A stretch of DNA of 64,000 nt from Octopus vulgaris (Eukaryota): assembly GCA_951406725.2 (NCBI GenBank), contig OX597833.1, forward strand, positions 31,620,001-31,684,000, written 5' to 3'. The notes under the pieces were generated by a model, which had not been told where the DNA came from, did no database searches, and worked only from the letters and a program-made list of their open reading frames with translations. Within the stretch, counting starts at the first letter, position 1; the number at the start of each line of letters is the position of its first letter. Below, one piece after another: positions 37,238 to 50,744 of this stretch. A program made the position numbers and the translations under genes.

Positions 37238-38499
37238 TGTGCTTGACAACTGATGTTAGTACATTTACATCCCTGTAAATTAGCAACTTCACAAAAGAGA
37301 CTGATAGAATGAGTATTTGGAGTTGATTTGTTCGACTGAAGGTGGTGCTCCAGTAACGCCACAGTCAAATGTTTCAAACAAGTAAAATATAAGAGTGAAA
37401 AAGTATGTCGTTTCAATCCTGAGAAATGCCAGGTATCTCTGCTAGGATATATATATATATATAGTATACTGTTCCATGATGGTAAGATCAGCAAAAAAAA
37501 AAACTTCATCTGGTGAGAGATAAATTTTATTTAATAAATACAATATATATTTTTATCAGCTACTATTATATTAGCTTCATGTAATAAAAGCAGCTCAGAC
37601 AGCCTTTTTTAACATATCTGGTGTTTTAGCGCAATCCTCAGGCTTGTGCCCACATGGCATAACATGCTAAAAACAAGATAATAGTATGAAAGAAAAGAAT
37701 GAAAAAAGGTGAGAAAGAAGTAGATGTAAAAGGTAGAAGGTTGAAAAACTGGAAAACAAAAAAGGAAACAAAAAAAATAAGAGTGGAGGGAGAATTCAAG
37801 TTATATTCCCTTTGACCGAAAGGTCATAAAGTGGAAAAGATAGTAGCCTAGAGTCTGAGGTACAGCTGCTTAATTTGGAAAGGGTGGTATTTTCCAATTC
37901 ACTAACAGGAACTTATCCATATATATATATATGTAGTGGGATGTGTAGCAAAAGGTGTTGTGGATGGTTCAATGTACGTTGTCAGGTGTAGCAGATGAAG
38001 ATAGGCATGTTGGATGACATCAAGGGAAAACAATGAGGAAAGCATCAGAATGTAGTTTAAATAATTTATTTGATCAACAATTGCATCTTCTTGTTGGATA
38101 CACAAAACTTGATTTACAATATAAGTGAAGGCTGCTACATGAAGTTACCAACAGCTTTGAGTTGGAAAAGTAAAAAAACAACAGGTGAAGTAGAATGTTG
38201 ATTTGTTGAGATAGTGATAGAACATGGCATATTTGGTGTCTGAGTGTGCATTGGTCGGGTCATGTTGCTTTTCTGTCCTATTTGTTTGTGTTCTGCAACT
38301 GCTACTGTGTTGTGCCACTGGTAACTGCTTGCTCAATGGCTTGCCATCTGGCACTGAAGTAGGTCGCCTGCTATCCAGTTGAACCTTCAGTGACACAGCT
38401 CAGATCGGAGGTTGAAAAGGAAATCTATCTATCACTTTTTGACAGGACAAGGAAATTTCTTTTGCACCTGTTTGGCCAGGTTTGGTCAGGTGAGTGAGA

Positions 38500-38672
38500 A
38501 TGCTTAGTGGTATTTTGTCTGTCTTTACGTTCTGAGTTCAAATTCTGCTGAGGTCGACTTTGCCATTCATCCTTTCGGGGTCAATAAATTAAATACCAGT
38601 TGCATACTAAGGTTGATCGAATGGACTAGCCCCCTCCCCCCAAATTTCGGGCCTTGTGGCTAGAGTAGAAAA
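38500..38672 (+). mobile_element. SINE fragment
   Basis: TTCTGAGTTCAAATTC...CATCCTTTCGGGGTCAATAAATTAAATACC. Confidence 0.7.
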
Positions 38673-40254
38673 AATTCGTTCAGTTTAGGGATATTAAAAT
38701 AGTAAATAAAAATTAAGGGGGAGATAACTAGTAAATGGACCAGAATGGCATGTGGAAGACCGGCAGGACAGCAATTCATCATTCCTGAAATTGAAATCCA
38801 CAACCGTGAATCAATCTTGGAATCACGAGACAAGATTCTTCAGTAGTCAACTAATTATGAATTTATACACGTGCGAAAATTGTAATTCGCCATGTTACCT
38901 TACTACAAGTATTTGTTGTTTAACAGTAAGTTGACTTATTTATGTCCCTTTACTAGTTATCTTCCCCTTAATTTTATTTACTTTTTTAATATCTCTAAAC
39001 AGAACAATTACCTTTCCTTTTTACAACCAGAAAAATATTTGTAGAAAATTTCATTAAAAAATGCCTATTTTTCTTAAGGTTGTGAGGAAACAAAGCTGAC
39101 ACATATGAATTTTTCTCACTCACAGAAAGTTTTTGTCATAACAAATTCCGACACAATCAGAATATACACCATCTGAAACATATTTGGAGAAAATATCCAT
39201 TTTTTTTTTTTTTTTTAAAGTAATGAGAAAACAGAATCTAGGGCCGCAAACGTGTCAGTATGCCCCACAAATGCATACACGCGACGGGCAAAATGCTTCG
39301 CAGTATTTCGTCCGTCTTTACGTTCTGGGTTCAAATTCCGCTGAGATCTGCTTAACCTTTCATCCTTCGGAGATCAATAAAATAAGTACCAATTGAGGAC
39401 TGAGATCGACGTAAATTGGCGATCTTTTTTACATGAACACACTATATTGAGTACAATCTGCAAAACAATCCTCCCCGCAATTTCTTAAATTTCACTTTAA
39501 AAAAAAAATGGGGGGAGGGGCGAAATATGTAAAAAAAATAGATTATGATTCTGGAAAAAAATCATTGTAAAATTTCAATTTTCCCAAAAAATAAATAAAT
39601 AACCCCTTCTCTCGTCCCTATGACAGAAAGTGAAATTTCCTCCACCCACTTTTTTTCTTTGCCAGTGGTGCAAAGAATGAAAACGTGTTTTGGTGGTTTT
39701 CAAAATCTTCAATTTTTAAGTACACACCAACCGGAAATCTGACAAGCTAGAAACAACAGTCAAACCGAGGATCAACTTCCTAAATGCGAATTATCAAAAA
39801 AAAAAATTTTTTTATGTCATTTTGTTGTGTGTGTGTGTGTGCAAAAAATCTAATTTTTACATAACTCTTAATTCCAAAAGACCCTCAACCACACTTCTTG
39901 TCACGGGATGGAGGGTGTTTATTTATCTTCTTTTTCTTTTGAAAAATTGAAATTTTACAAAATTTTTTTTTTCAACATCATAATCTCCGTATTTCGCGAA
40001 AAAAATTTTTTTGAAGTGAAAATTTAAAAAATTGTGGGGAGGTGGAATTTAAATTTTGAAATGCAGATTTTTATTTTCAGATTCGAAATCTAAATTTGTA
40101 AAAACAAAATCCCAAAGGAGGTGCGGTCCATAATCTTTATCTCCGCCTCTTAACTTTCTCCCTCCTGTTAACTTACTGGGCTTGCGACAAAGAAAGAGAG
40201 AGTGAGAGTCTTGCATAGTAAAAGATCGTGTTAGTTACATGCAGTTTGTTGAGG

Positions 40255-40330
40255 GCGACCGAAGTGCCCCAGAAGTCATGCGCATATCAACTTCCTGTTA
40301 TATCCGGAAACGAGGCGGGAATGTGTGCAA
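40255..40330 (+). promoter_or_regulatory. Probable NAA50 proximal promoter
   Basis: CpG-containing patch with CATGCGCAT (NRF1-like), ACTTCCTG and CCGGAAA (ETS-like), GGCGGGAA (E2F-like), ~90-150 bp upstream of the ATG. Confidence 0.55.
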
Positions 40331-40411
40331 AATCTTTCTAGTAGTGTCTTTCGAGCTAGGTAGCGGAATTTCAGCTTTACTTTATAAAATATACGTACCA
40401 AGGCCCCAGTC

Positions 40412-40419
40412 ATGACAAG
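40412..40419 (+). CDS. NAA50: NAA50 coding exon 1 (ATG ACA AG|gt)
   Basis: 8-nt phase-2 coding segment joins exon 2 to give MTRGRIELGD; as recalled, human NAA50 exon 1 also has 8 coding nt; promoter-like context. Confidence 0.7.
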
Positions 40420-41574
40420 GTTGGATATAGTTCTGTTTCATTTATCTTATATACTTTTGAAATATTTTATTTATGTCTTAAAATGTTTAACTTCTCCAGA
40501 ATTCACCTGTTTTGTATGTTTGAAGTATTCCTTTTTTTTTCGTGGGGTTTTCGGTTGGATAATTCTATTTTTATATATATGAGAAAGAATGTCTTCTAAC
40601 GATTCATAACTTTTTCTCGTGTCTAAGAGTGCTAGCATGATTTACATGATATAAATTATTCAGTTCCGATTGGGACATAAAACTATGCCTTCCAACGCAT
40701 AATGATTTTCTGTTATTTAACTGGGAATAACTTAACCTCCTCTAGGTAAATATAGAAAGTGAAATGCGAAAGTTTATTCTTTTTCCCTATAATAGAAATA
40801 GTGTAAAGGAAACAAGACGGGACCGTGTCGTAGACAGATGCAACAATAGTTTTAGAGTGTATCACCTAACGAAAGTATTAAAGGAAGTGAAACAGCTGGC
40901 ACTTCACACAATGTCTTCGTATTCTTGGCTAATAAAACTTTGGATATAATTTATTAGCTAAAATACGATGAACGTGAATTAAAAATAAATCCTGACATTC
41001 AAGCGTGCTAAAACTGAAATGGCCAAATTCAAACATTTGTTTTCGGACCAGTTTTAGTCTTCGACGTGAAGGACTGATGAACAAGAGAAAGTTGTGTGCG
41101 TGTTCACCAGCCACTGCAATCCCCTCTTCCTACTTGAACCTTCTTGGCAATACTCGACCACGTATATTACGACCTTCGTACCTCTCTCTTCCATCACATC
41201 TATGCTCTGATCCTTGTTACTTGTGAGTATGCTCTGGCACTTCACCATCTCTCTCCTACACTTTTGCTGTTTCCTACTCTCTCTCTTTCCCCTGCTCGGG
41301 TAGCCATGTATCTCTACAGCAGCACTCTTTTTTCCTCTCTTCCTAGCTCTCAATAACCATGTACCTCCTCTATAGCAAGACACCTATTCCTGCCCCTCTC
41401 TTCCTGTCACAATCTAATCTTTCATCATATAATACTGGATCGCCTCCTCCAATACCCCCTCTGTTATAGCAAGACACCTGTTTCTGTCTCTGTCACATTC
41501 TAACCTTTAATCCTCAGACACAAATTCCTCTCCTCAAATGCCCCTGCCCCTCTCAAAATTCTTTGTTTTGGAAC

Positions 41575-41776
41575 TTGGTGACCCTGCCATTGCTGGTGCC
41601 ATGTAAAAAGCATCCAGTCCACACTGTGAAATAGTTAACATTTGGAAGGGCATCCAGCTGTAAAAATCATGCCAAAATAGACACAGTAACCTAGGGTAGT
41701 TTTCTACCTGACCAGCTCCTGTGAACCGTCCTACCCATGCATGCATGGAAGATGGACATTAAGCAATGATGATGAT
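41575..41776 (+). mobile_element. Diverged RTE-tail fragment
   Basis: GCTGGTGCCATGTAAAAAGCA...GGAAGGGCATCCAGCTGTA...GGACATTAAGCAATGATGATGA. Confidence 0.7.
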
Positions 41777-41999
41777 TGAGTGTGTGTATCTTTATATGTT
41801 TAATGCACAATATATGGATTTATTTGATCCAGTGGTACTCACAAAAAAGCTCCTTTAGTAGACCAGGCTACAAACAGCATAGTAAACCTAATCTTAGGGG
41901 TGTGATTATTTCATTAGGAGCATATAGAATATAAACAAAGTCAGGAGTAATGAGATAACTATATTTCTTTCATTGGTTATGCATTCATATATATGATTT

Positions 42000-43760
42000 G
42001 GTCTCACAAGTGTTTGATGCAACCAAAGTATCTCGGACAGACTGGATTGTGGCCAATGCAACAACACTAATGCCACTGATTAAGGAAAACGAGCTGCACT
42101 ACTGGCATATGACAAGACCCCATCACATTGCACCTTGAACAAGCTACAAAATTTACACTTCAAAGGGAGGCATGAAACTGCTAACAACTACTGGGAAAAT
42201 CTTTGTGCTGACATTTAGAGGGCTTCTGAAACTGGTGAAATGAGGAGGTATGAGAAGATCCTAATTGCTCTTGCACCAACAGATCAACAAAGTAGCAATG
42301 CCTAAACCCTTATCAAGGGAACAAATCACAGACAAACACCAGCAGAAGGAGAAATGGATTGAACATTACTCTTGCCTCCACTCACAAGACCAATCAGTGG
42401 GTGAAATCCTGCAGGAAATAATTCCCCAACTTCCATAGATGATAGAACTTGACAAAGTCTCCACCCAGGAGGAACAGGTGAAAGCCATTAATGAGCTTGC
42501 TAGTGGAAAGTCTCCCAGCAATGACAATATACCAGCAGAAATACTGAAAGAGAACAAGAACAGTGTTCTCCTTCGTATGTTCAAGCTCTTGATTCTCTGT
42601 TGGAAGCATGGAGAGGTCCCACAAGACATGAGAGATGCCAATATAATGACCTTGTATAAGGACAAGAGAAATTTCAACAACTACAGAGGTGCTTCATTAC
42701 TGTGTATTATAGGAAAGGTACCTACAGAAGTTAGCAGAGTTCTTCCAGAAAATCAGTGCTGCTTCAGATCAGAATGTTCAACAATGGACATATTTCCTCT
42801 TTGACAGCTCCGAGAAAAGTGTCACAAAGAAAGTCAACTCCTACATGTGACATTTGTAGACCTAAGGCATTTGATACAGTTTGTAGATCGGGATTGTACA
42901 TGTTTCTTCACAAGATTAGATGACCACCAACTCATGTCTTTCCATGAAGGTATGAAAGCCACAGTTCATTTCAATGGTTCTACATCAGACTTTTTTCAGT
43001 ATCTTCTTTGCCGTGCTGTTGCAGGTTGCCTTCAAGGAATCTCCTGCAGATGTCTACCTTCCTTGGAGAACTGATAGGTTCCTTTTCAATCTTGCACACC
43101 TTGGAGCAAAAACTAAGGCCCAGTCAACCTTGATCAGAGACCTCCTCTTAGCAGATGATGCAGCACTGGTTGCTCACAGTGTGTCAGCTTTTCCTATCCT
43201 GACATTCATTGGAATGTCAGGATAGGAAAAGCTACTACAACCTTTGGTTAACTTAGCAGAAGAGCATGGGATAACAAGATGCTCACAGTAAAAACCAAAA
43301 TAAGGGTTTATGGAGCATACATACTGAGCACCCTCCTATGTGGATCACAGACTGTACACTATACGCTGGACAAGAGAAGAGACTCAATGTCTTTCATCAG
43401 AGATGCCTGTGATCCTTGGCATCACCTGGCAAGACATAGTAACCAACACAGAAGTCTTGAAACAGGCAGCACTTCTGAGCATGGTAGCTATTCTGTGCCA
43501 AAGGAGACTAAGATGGCTGGACATGTGAAGAAAATGGATACAACAGAATTCCCAAACAGTTGGTATATGGTGAATTGGCTCAGGGTAGCAGATCCAGATG
43601 ATGACCAAAGCTAAGATTTTAGGAGAAATGTAAGGGCAGTCTCACCAAATACCACATTGATGCAAAGACTTGGGGACAGAACAGCATGGAAAACCTCAGT
43701 GTGCAAAGGAGCCAAACAGCTTGAGGAAGAAAACATTCTGGCCCTCAAAGCAAAATGCCA
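42000..43760 (+). mobile_element. Degenerate RTE/BovB-like LINE
   Basis: GKSP..DNIPAEILK, DANIMTLYK, NNYRG.SLL, LLADDAAL, ILSTLLCG, RRLRWL. Confidence 0.8.
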
Positions 43761-43854
43761 AAAAAAAAGGAAAGACAACACAACTTTGCTTGCAGATTTT
43801 GCAGCAGAACTTGCTCATCAAACATAGGAAGGAGCAGCTGCAGGAAGAAAATTG

Positions 43855-44460
43855 AGTACTTAAGATATTCTCCACTGCTTAGACAGTGTTGTGGCAGCAG
43901 ATGTCAATGATGAATACCTCAACGAAATCATTGAACTTCAGTAGAGCCGGCTTCAACAGCAACTCTTCAGAACAGCAAAATTCTCAATGTTTTGGTGTCA
44001 CCAAATTGTGCCATACCCTCTTATTGCTAAGAAAGTCCTTGAGATACTCACATCATTTGTTACAACGTATATTTGTGAGCAATCCTTTTCAAGGATGGTA
44101 GACATGCAAACTAAGAAAAAGAATAGACTTCGTTGTGAAAATGATATGAGAGTGGCACTTGCCATGGTGAAGCCATGCATTTCTGAACTTGTATCTGAAA
44201 GGCAACAGCAAAAGTCACATTTATTTGTTGTAAATATTCATTGAGTTATGCTTTAGTGTGAAATTCATGTTTTGTTGGTTTTGTTCTTTGAACACAGTGA
44301 TTTTGTGTGCGACTGATGCATGGTTCATTTTGTGCACTAATAAAATATATACCTGTGTTTTAAAGAAATCAGATTTTATTTTTCCATTTACAAAGGGTTC
44401 GGTGAATGTACTGATGAAGCTTGCAGGGTTCAGTACCTCCATTAAGGTTAAGAGCCACTT
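43855..44460 (+). mobile_element. hAT (Charlie/Buster-type) 3' relic
   Basis: TTYICEQSFSRM...KKNRL..ENDMRVAL...KP dimerization domain; TIR-like AGGTTAAGAGCCACT end. Confidence 0.8.
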
Positions 44461-46823
44461 GTCTAATTCTTCACCATGTTTTATCATAGCAAAAGGTACC
44501 ATTCTTTTTGGTTTTAACACTGGTATTGCGTTTTCCTTAATTTGGAAACGTGTGTTGGTCTTAACACACAAACCTAATTTATCCGACAACATTTCAGGAA
44601 AAGCATTTTTTAATTTTGTCTTCAATTCATCTGATGCCTTATTCTTCCTGGCGGAACAATCATTTATATTTTTACAGAACAGATTTATGGGAAGGTCCCA
44701 TCCCATAAATCAAACAACTCGATCCAGTCAGTACCGAACAAGTTTGTTGCATCTTTTAACACAGACACTTTTGTTTTACAGGTTTTACCATGAAACGTAA
44801 TGTCACTTACCATTTCACCTAAGAAGTGTAATCTTTCACTTGTGACACCTCGTGCACTTTTTGATGTTTTCTTTAATGTAGGTTTCCCAATTTCACATGT
44901 TAGTATCAATAATTGTAATGTTGCTACATGTATCTAGTTGTAGTTTCACGTTCGCGTCATTTATTTTTACTTACACATACTTTCTTTTTTGGGTGTCATC
45001 ACAACTATCTGTAGAGCACACCTTTTTAGAATTTTTATTTTCCTGACCTTTTTTGCTTATCTTTGCAGTGCAAGCTTTTATGTCCTATTTTTTGACAACT
45101 AAAACATTTCCGAATTTTAAATGGACAGTCTTTCTTAAAATGCAGACCTCCATACCCATAGCATGGATTAGGTCGTAACATACTTTTTTCTTTATTTATT
45201 CCCAGTTGACATGTCTGTACTTGACAGAAGTTTTTTCTTATTTTCTTTACATCCTGTTGCAGGTTGATAATTCTTTGGCATTCCTCTGCTACTGTCTGCA
45301 GGGTTAAATTCTGGCCCTCCTCTTCTAGTTTTGTAAAAATCCATGCATTTATTTCTGCATCTTTGTTGTCAAACCTTGCACAAGGATGAAGCATTTAACA
45401 TGTCCAGAGATAATTCCTTCAGTTTAAATTTTTCACACATTTTATTTACAATTCTGGCATAACTGACAAAATCTTCGTCCTCTTTTACTAATTTCAAACA
45501 TTCCTAGCGAGTGTTAAACAGGGAACTCTATCACTGAACATTTTGGATAGCAATTCAATTGTTTCCTCAAATTCACTTGTTTTTTTAGGCAAGATAAAAT
45601 TGCAGTATTTTTCATATTCCGAAAGACCTAGTTTCAGTAACAGTAGTCTCGCTTTTTCATCATCTGTCCAATACTTGCATTCTTCCTTGAAGATTTCTTC
45701 ATATCTTCTGAAGTACACCAAAAAAGTTATACCCTCTTCTGGGTTATAACTAAATTCAGTTATAGCACTTACTACACTGTCTGGCAAAAACAAACTTGTA
45801 GTGCTTCCCAACTTCAACATCAGTTCCTGCAACTGATTGTGTTATAGTTGTTGGTGCAACTGCTGTTGCTTTTGCAACTGTAATATGTCAGCTAATAAGT
45901 CTTCCATAATTAATGAGTTTCTTCATCACCATCATCATCGTTTAACGTCCGCTTTCTATACTAGCATGGGTTGGATGATTTGACTGAGGTCTGGCGAACC
46001 AGATGGCTGCACCAGACTCCAATCTGATCTGGCAGATTGGAGTTTCTACTGCTTGATGTCCTTCCTAATGCCAACCACTCCAAGAGTGTAGTGGGTGATT
46101 TTTACGTGCCACTGGCACGAGGGCCAGTCAGGCAGTACTGGCAATGGCCACACTCAGATGGTGCTTTTTATGTGCCTCCTGCACAGGAGCTAGTCCAGCG
46201 GCACTGGCAACAGCCTCGCTTCGAATGTTTTTCACGTGCCACCAGCACAGATGCTAGTAAGGCGATGCAGGTAACGATCACACATCGGCATGGAGGCCAG
46301 CTTGTTGCTTTGGCAACAATCTCACTCGTATAGTACTCTTAGCGCTCCACTAGCACTGGTGCCAGTCATCGAATTTGATTTTGATTCCAATTCACTTGCC
46401 TCAACAAGTCTTCGCAAGCAGAGTTTAGTGTCCAATGGAGGAAAGGCACGCATAAGTAGACTGGTTACAAAAATCATCAATGACCAATGTAAGCTTCAAA
46501 TCACTCATCGCCACTTTTATAACGTGGTTTCTGTATATGTCATCTTAGTGTTTTACACTAATGCAGTGAGATATATAGTACCACGGAACAAGGTAGACAC
46601 CAACCGTCTCCACTTGATGTTTTCCCAAATATTCTGCCAACAACTATAACCAATCCAAATCAACTCTCAACAGATTATAACAACTTCTCAACAATTTCCT
46701 GTGACTCCACAATCTCGCAAATGACCTCTTTCGACTTCCTGTAATTTCTCATCTCTTGCTCTCTGTCTAACACGCTGCTACTTATACAAGTTCAGCTAGT
46801 CCATTCTCACAGGGGGTGTCATG
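44461..46823 (-). mobile_element. Mag-type Gypsy relic (LTR ~46518-46823, PBS, gag, protease, start of RT), split by an RTE tail at 45926-46480
   Basis: MEDLLADILQLQKQQQ, F.Y.PEEGITF..YFRRYE, two knuckles (CFSCQKIGHKSLHC), LQLDT, KPKRMVPFA; PBS TGGCGATGAG at 46504-46513. Confidence 0.8.
45926..46480 (-). mobile_element. RTE 3'-UTR/tail fragment
   Basis: (ATC)n-CGTTTAACGTCCGCTTT..., diverged 60-bp units. Confidence 0.8.
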
Positions 46824-46949
46824 ATTTTTGCCATAACACTCACCAAAGGAGATCTTGTCTCCACTAATGAAGAAATGCAATCTACAGGAGTATACGACCC
46901 CTGTCATTATTTAGGCCAAAATGACAAGATTTACTAATTGTACTAGGGT

Positions 46950-48615
46950 GCAAGCCCCCTCCAGTTGGAGCTTAAAAGGCTCAGATTTTCCAAGTTATAT
47001 GGAAATTACATGAATATTCTAGAAGTAGTTAATCACAAAATAGTGCAAAAAGATGAGAAAGAGTGCACCCAATTGGGAAAATGTCAGCTAATCACAACAT
47101 CAGCATGGCAAAATGAGAGCAATATTGCATGTGGTGGTGTAGGAATCTTCCTTGATAAGAATGCTAAAATAGCACTCGGCAGCATCATGTGTCAGTAACA
47201 GAATTTTGGCTGCAAACTTAGGTGGAAACCCTGCTATGTCCCAGTTGAAGACTTACATAATGCAGAACACTACAACAGTTACTGTTTAATACCACCTCTC
47301 AATATGAATTTCTTGCTTGATGATTGTAACGCACACATAATAACAAAAGACAGTGCTTTCACATTTCGTAAACATACAAACAAGTGGCTACATATTCCTT
47401 GATCTTGCATTAGAAACCAATAAGGTTATTACAAATACTTGGTTCTAAAAGAAATAGAGCAAGCTATGGACTTGTGTCTCAGACATGAATGGAAAAAGTT
47501 GCAAGTTGATTACATCTTGATCAACCAAAAGTGGAGGAATTACACAGGGAAAGCAGCAAAGTTGGGCATCATCATAGGAAACAATAAGGCAGAATGTGTC
47601 CAAAAGTGGTATCAACACTTTGGTCAATTGCTTAAAAAGTCTACTCTTGTAAGCAATAAAGATGAGATTCAACCTATTTTCAACAATCTCACATATAAAA
47701 CCAGACCCTTTGATCTGGAAGAACTTCAGAGTGTCAAGAATAGACTTAGGAGGGAAAAGATGCTGGCCCTGATGGAATTCCCCCTGAAGTTATCAAGAGA
47801 TGCAATCTGGATTAAATAATATTAGATTTTGTGAATAAGTTCTTGCAGAACCAAGAAAGTCTAGATCAATAATCTAAGATTGACTTGATACCAATCCCAA
47901 AGTCAGGAAACCTCAGCAATGAAACTAACTACAGAGGAATTACATTGTCCAATATCTCACTCAAAGTCATCAACTGAATGATCCTCAACAAGATTCAACA
48001 GATACTTGATAGCCATCAGAGACCAAATTAAAATGTATTTAGACCAGGGAGATTCACAATGTCTCAGATGTTAGCCCTGAGGCATATCATAGGAGTTAAA
48101 TCAATGCAGCTACCTGCCATTATAACCTTTGTAGACTTCAGCAAAGTGTTTGATAACATCCATTGTTACAAAATGTTGAAGATCTTTCAGGCATATGGCA
48201 TTCCAGATGAACTAGTTTTTGCCATTGTAAAGAACTACAGGAAGACCAGAGATCATGTATTGTCACCTAAAGGGAAATGGAATTCTTTCAAATACTAGCT
48301 GGGATGCTACAAGGAGATACATTTGCAATTGTATTGGATTATGCTATACAGCAAGCTGTAGACAATAGTGATGAAGACCTTGGTCTCGTCATACACCAGC
48401 AAAGATCATGGAGAGTACCAGCAGTAACCATCACAGACCTGGACTTCACAGCTGAAATAGATTAAGCGCAACAGTTACTCAGCAGGGTAGATCAGCTGCT
48501 AAAATTGGACTGCACACAAATGTCAAGAAAACGGAATACGTCTTTCAATCAATCAAGTGATAATGAACTATTTGTTTTGGCGGTTCTAAATTGAATGTTA
48601 CTGAAGACATCAAGT
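46950..48615 (+). mobile_element. Degenerate RTE/RTEX-like LINE (APE plus RT)
   Basis: GGVGIFL, DYILINQKW, NYRGITL, FVDFSKVFD, GMLQGDT, TDLDF. Confidence 0.75.
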
Positions 48616-48705
48616 ATGTGTGTGTGAGTGTATTTATATATGTATATATATAAATATATGCATGTGCCTGTATGTGTGTGTGTATTATATACATCTGTAT
48701 GTGTA

Positions 48706-48742
<37 letters not shown>

Positions 48743-49614
48743 GCCTGTGTGTATATGTGTTTGTGTATGTCTATATATGTATATACATAGATACGGATAT
48801 ACAAGCATAGGCTCGTCAAAATACTCTCATGGAATATAACCAAATGAGGTTTATTTTTCAACATAGTCCCCCTTGTGGTCCTCACACTTCTCTTATCAGT
48901 GTTGCAGTGCTTGGATTACACTGGTAAAGAAGCCTTCATACATACCATATGTGTATGCATACATGTGTTTATATACGTATATGCAAGTATATGTACATGT
49001 ATCTGTATCACCCCACCACTTGACAACCAGTGTTGGTTTGTTTGCATCCCCATAGCTTAGCTGTTTAGCAAAAGACACTGACACAAGTACCTGACTTTAA
49101 AAAATAAGTACTGGGGTTGATTCATTCATCACTAACTTTTTAAGCCAGGATCCCAGCATGGTCAAAGTCCAGTGACTTAACCAAGTAAAAGATAATAAGT
49201 CAATAGTTTATACCTCAAAGGAAATCTTTCCTTATTTTTAAAGAAAACAAATTAGAGCAGTAAAGAAAGGAATGTGTGTCACAGTGAATGGTAGAGGTTT
49301 CATGATTGCTTCAGTCTTAAATCTCAAATAACAAAGCACTCGAAAACCTCATTTTGATACAAACAGAAATATATTAAAATTTGAATGTGTAAGAAGTTTC
49401 TATACATTGTGGTCTTAGCAAAAATTACACAATTAATAAGCAGTTGATTTAAGCTTCCCATACCAATTGCCTTGAGTAGTTTAAATCACCTTCATACTTT
49501 GTCCATGTCTGTGGACAATTTTAGTGTTACTTGCATGACTCCAATCTTCTAACACACTTATATTTTCACACACATAAACATGTGCCCCTCACTCTCTCTC
49601 TCTCTCTCACACAC

Positions 49615-50110
49615 ACACAGTCTTCAGGCTAAATTTTACGGTTTGCATAAATAGAAAAGGAAATACAATATTCCATCCTAAAGTAAAAGTATTTTTGAAA
49701 AATCAGAAAATATCAACTTGATTAGGGCTAGGAGATAAGTTTGCTCATAGTAGCCACCTTCAATTTAAACCACTTCCTTAAAGTGGCTCTGGAACCTGGT
49801 GCATATGTTCCTCACTGTGTCCCTGAGAAGATCTTAGAACACCTTGATCTTGGCCACCAGCCCAGCCTTGGTGTTGCAGGCAGAGTGGTTGGTGTCTTTT
49901 TCAACTATTCTCAGGGGGATTAGGAAGCTAGAAATTGGGGCTGGTGAAGTTGTAGAAGTTCCCCAACAATCACTTCTCAGTCTTTCTGGAAGTATGGCAA
50001 GAAGCTGAATCCTGCTGCTGTACATGTGGCCTTTCAGCAGCTTCACATAGCCATCTGAATCGAGCCTATGACTCTGTTCAAAGATGTGGGGATGAATTCC
50101 AACATGTGGA
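49615..50110 (-). mobile_element. Tc1/mariner C-terminal relic
   Basis: Minus PHIFEQ..RL.SDGYV, QQDSA..HT motifs. Confidence 0.55.
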
Positions 50111-50744
50111 TGCAATCAGAATACCTGTTGTATCTTTTCCTCTTGGCCATGACTTTGTAGTCTACATTGCAGTTGTTTGTATCACCATATCACATCTTAT
50201 ATCTTTCAGTGTTCAGAGAGCATTCAGCAGCATGATACAGTTAACTCTTTTCCAATATGCAAATGACTTCCTGTACTCCTTGTCAGCTAACTTTTTCTCA
50301 AATACTAATTTAATATTTATGCTCTCCAATGGCAATAACTGTTCACTAATATATTGAACTGTTCCTGAAAAAATAGGTGAGATAAAGCGTTGTCAAATTT
50401 AGCCTGAACATTATGTGTGTTTGTACACATGCACACTATATCTTATTTCAATCATTGGTCAGCGGCCATACTAGAACTCCACCTTGGAGGGTTTAGTCAA
50501 ACAAATTAACCCCAGTGTTTATTTAAGTCTAGTACTTATTCGATCTGCCCCATCTGCTGACTTGGTCAGTTACAGGGGACATAACCAACCAGCACTAGTT
50601 GTCAGGTAGTGCTACACATTTACATATGCACAACTGGCTTTCGGTTTCCATCTACCAAATCCACTTAAAGCTTTGGCCTGAACTCAAGATCACATGGTTA
50701 GGAAGTAAGCTTCTTACCCATGCTGTCATGTCTGCACCTATATA

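Noticed and set aside
37620-37645. Possible hammerhead CTGAGGA...AAAAC on minus strand
   Set aside because: GAAA core is mutated and stems are unsupported
39070-40140. AT-rich repeat related to 19200-19520 and 29335-29460 as a defined TIR element
   Set aside because: Similarity is visible but termini and TSD could not be fixed by eye
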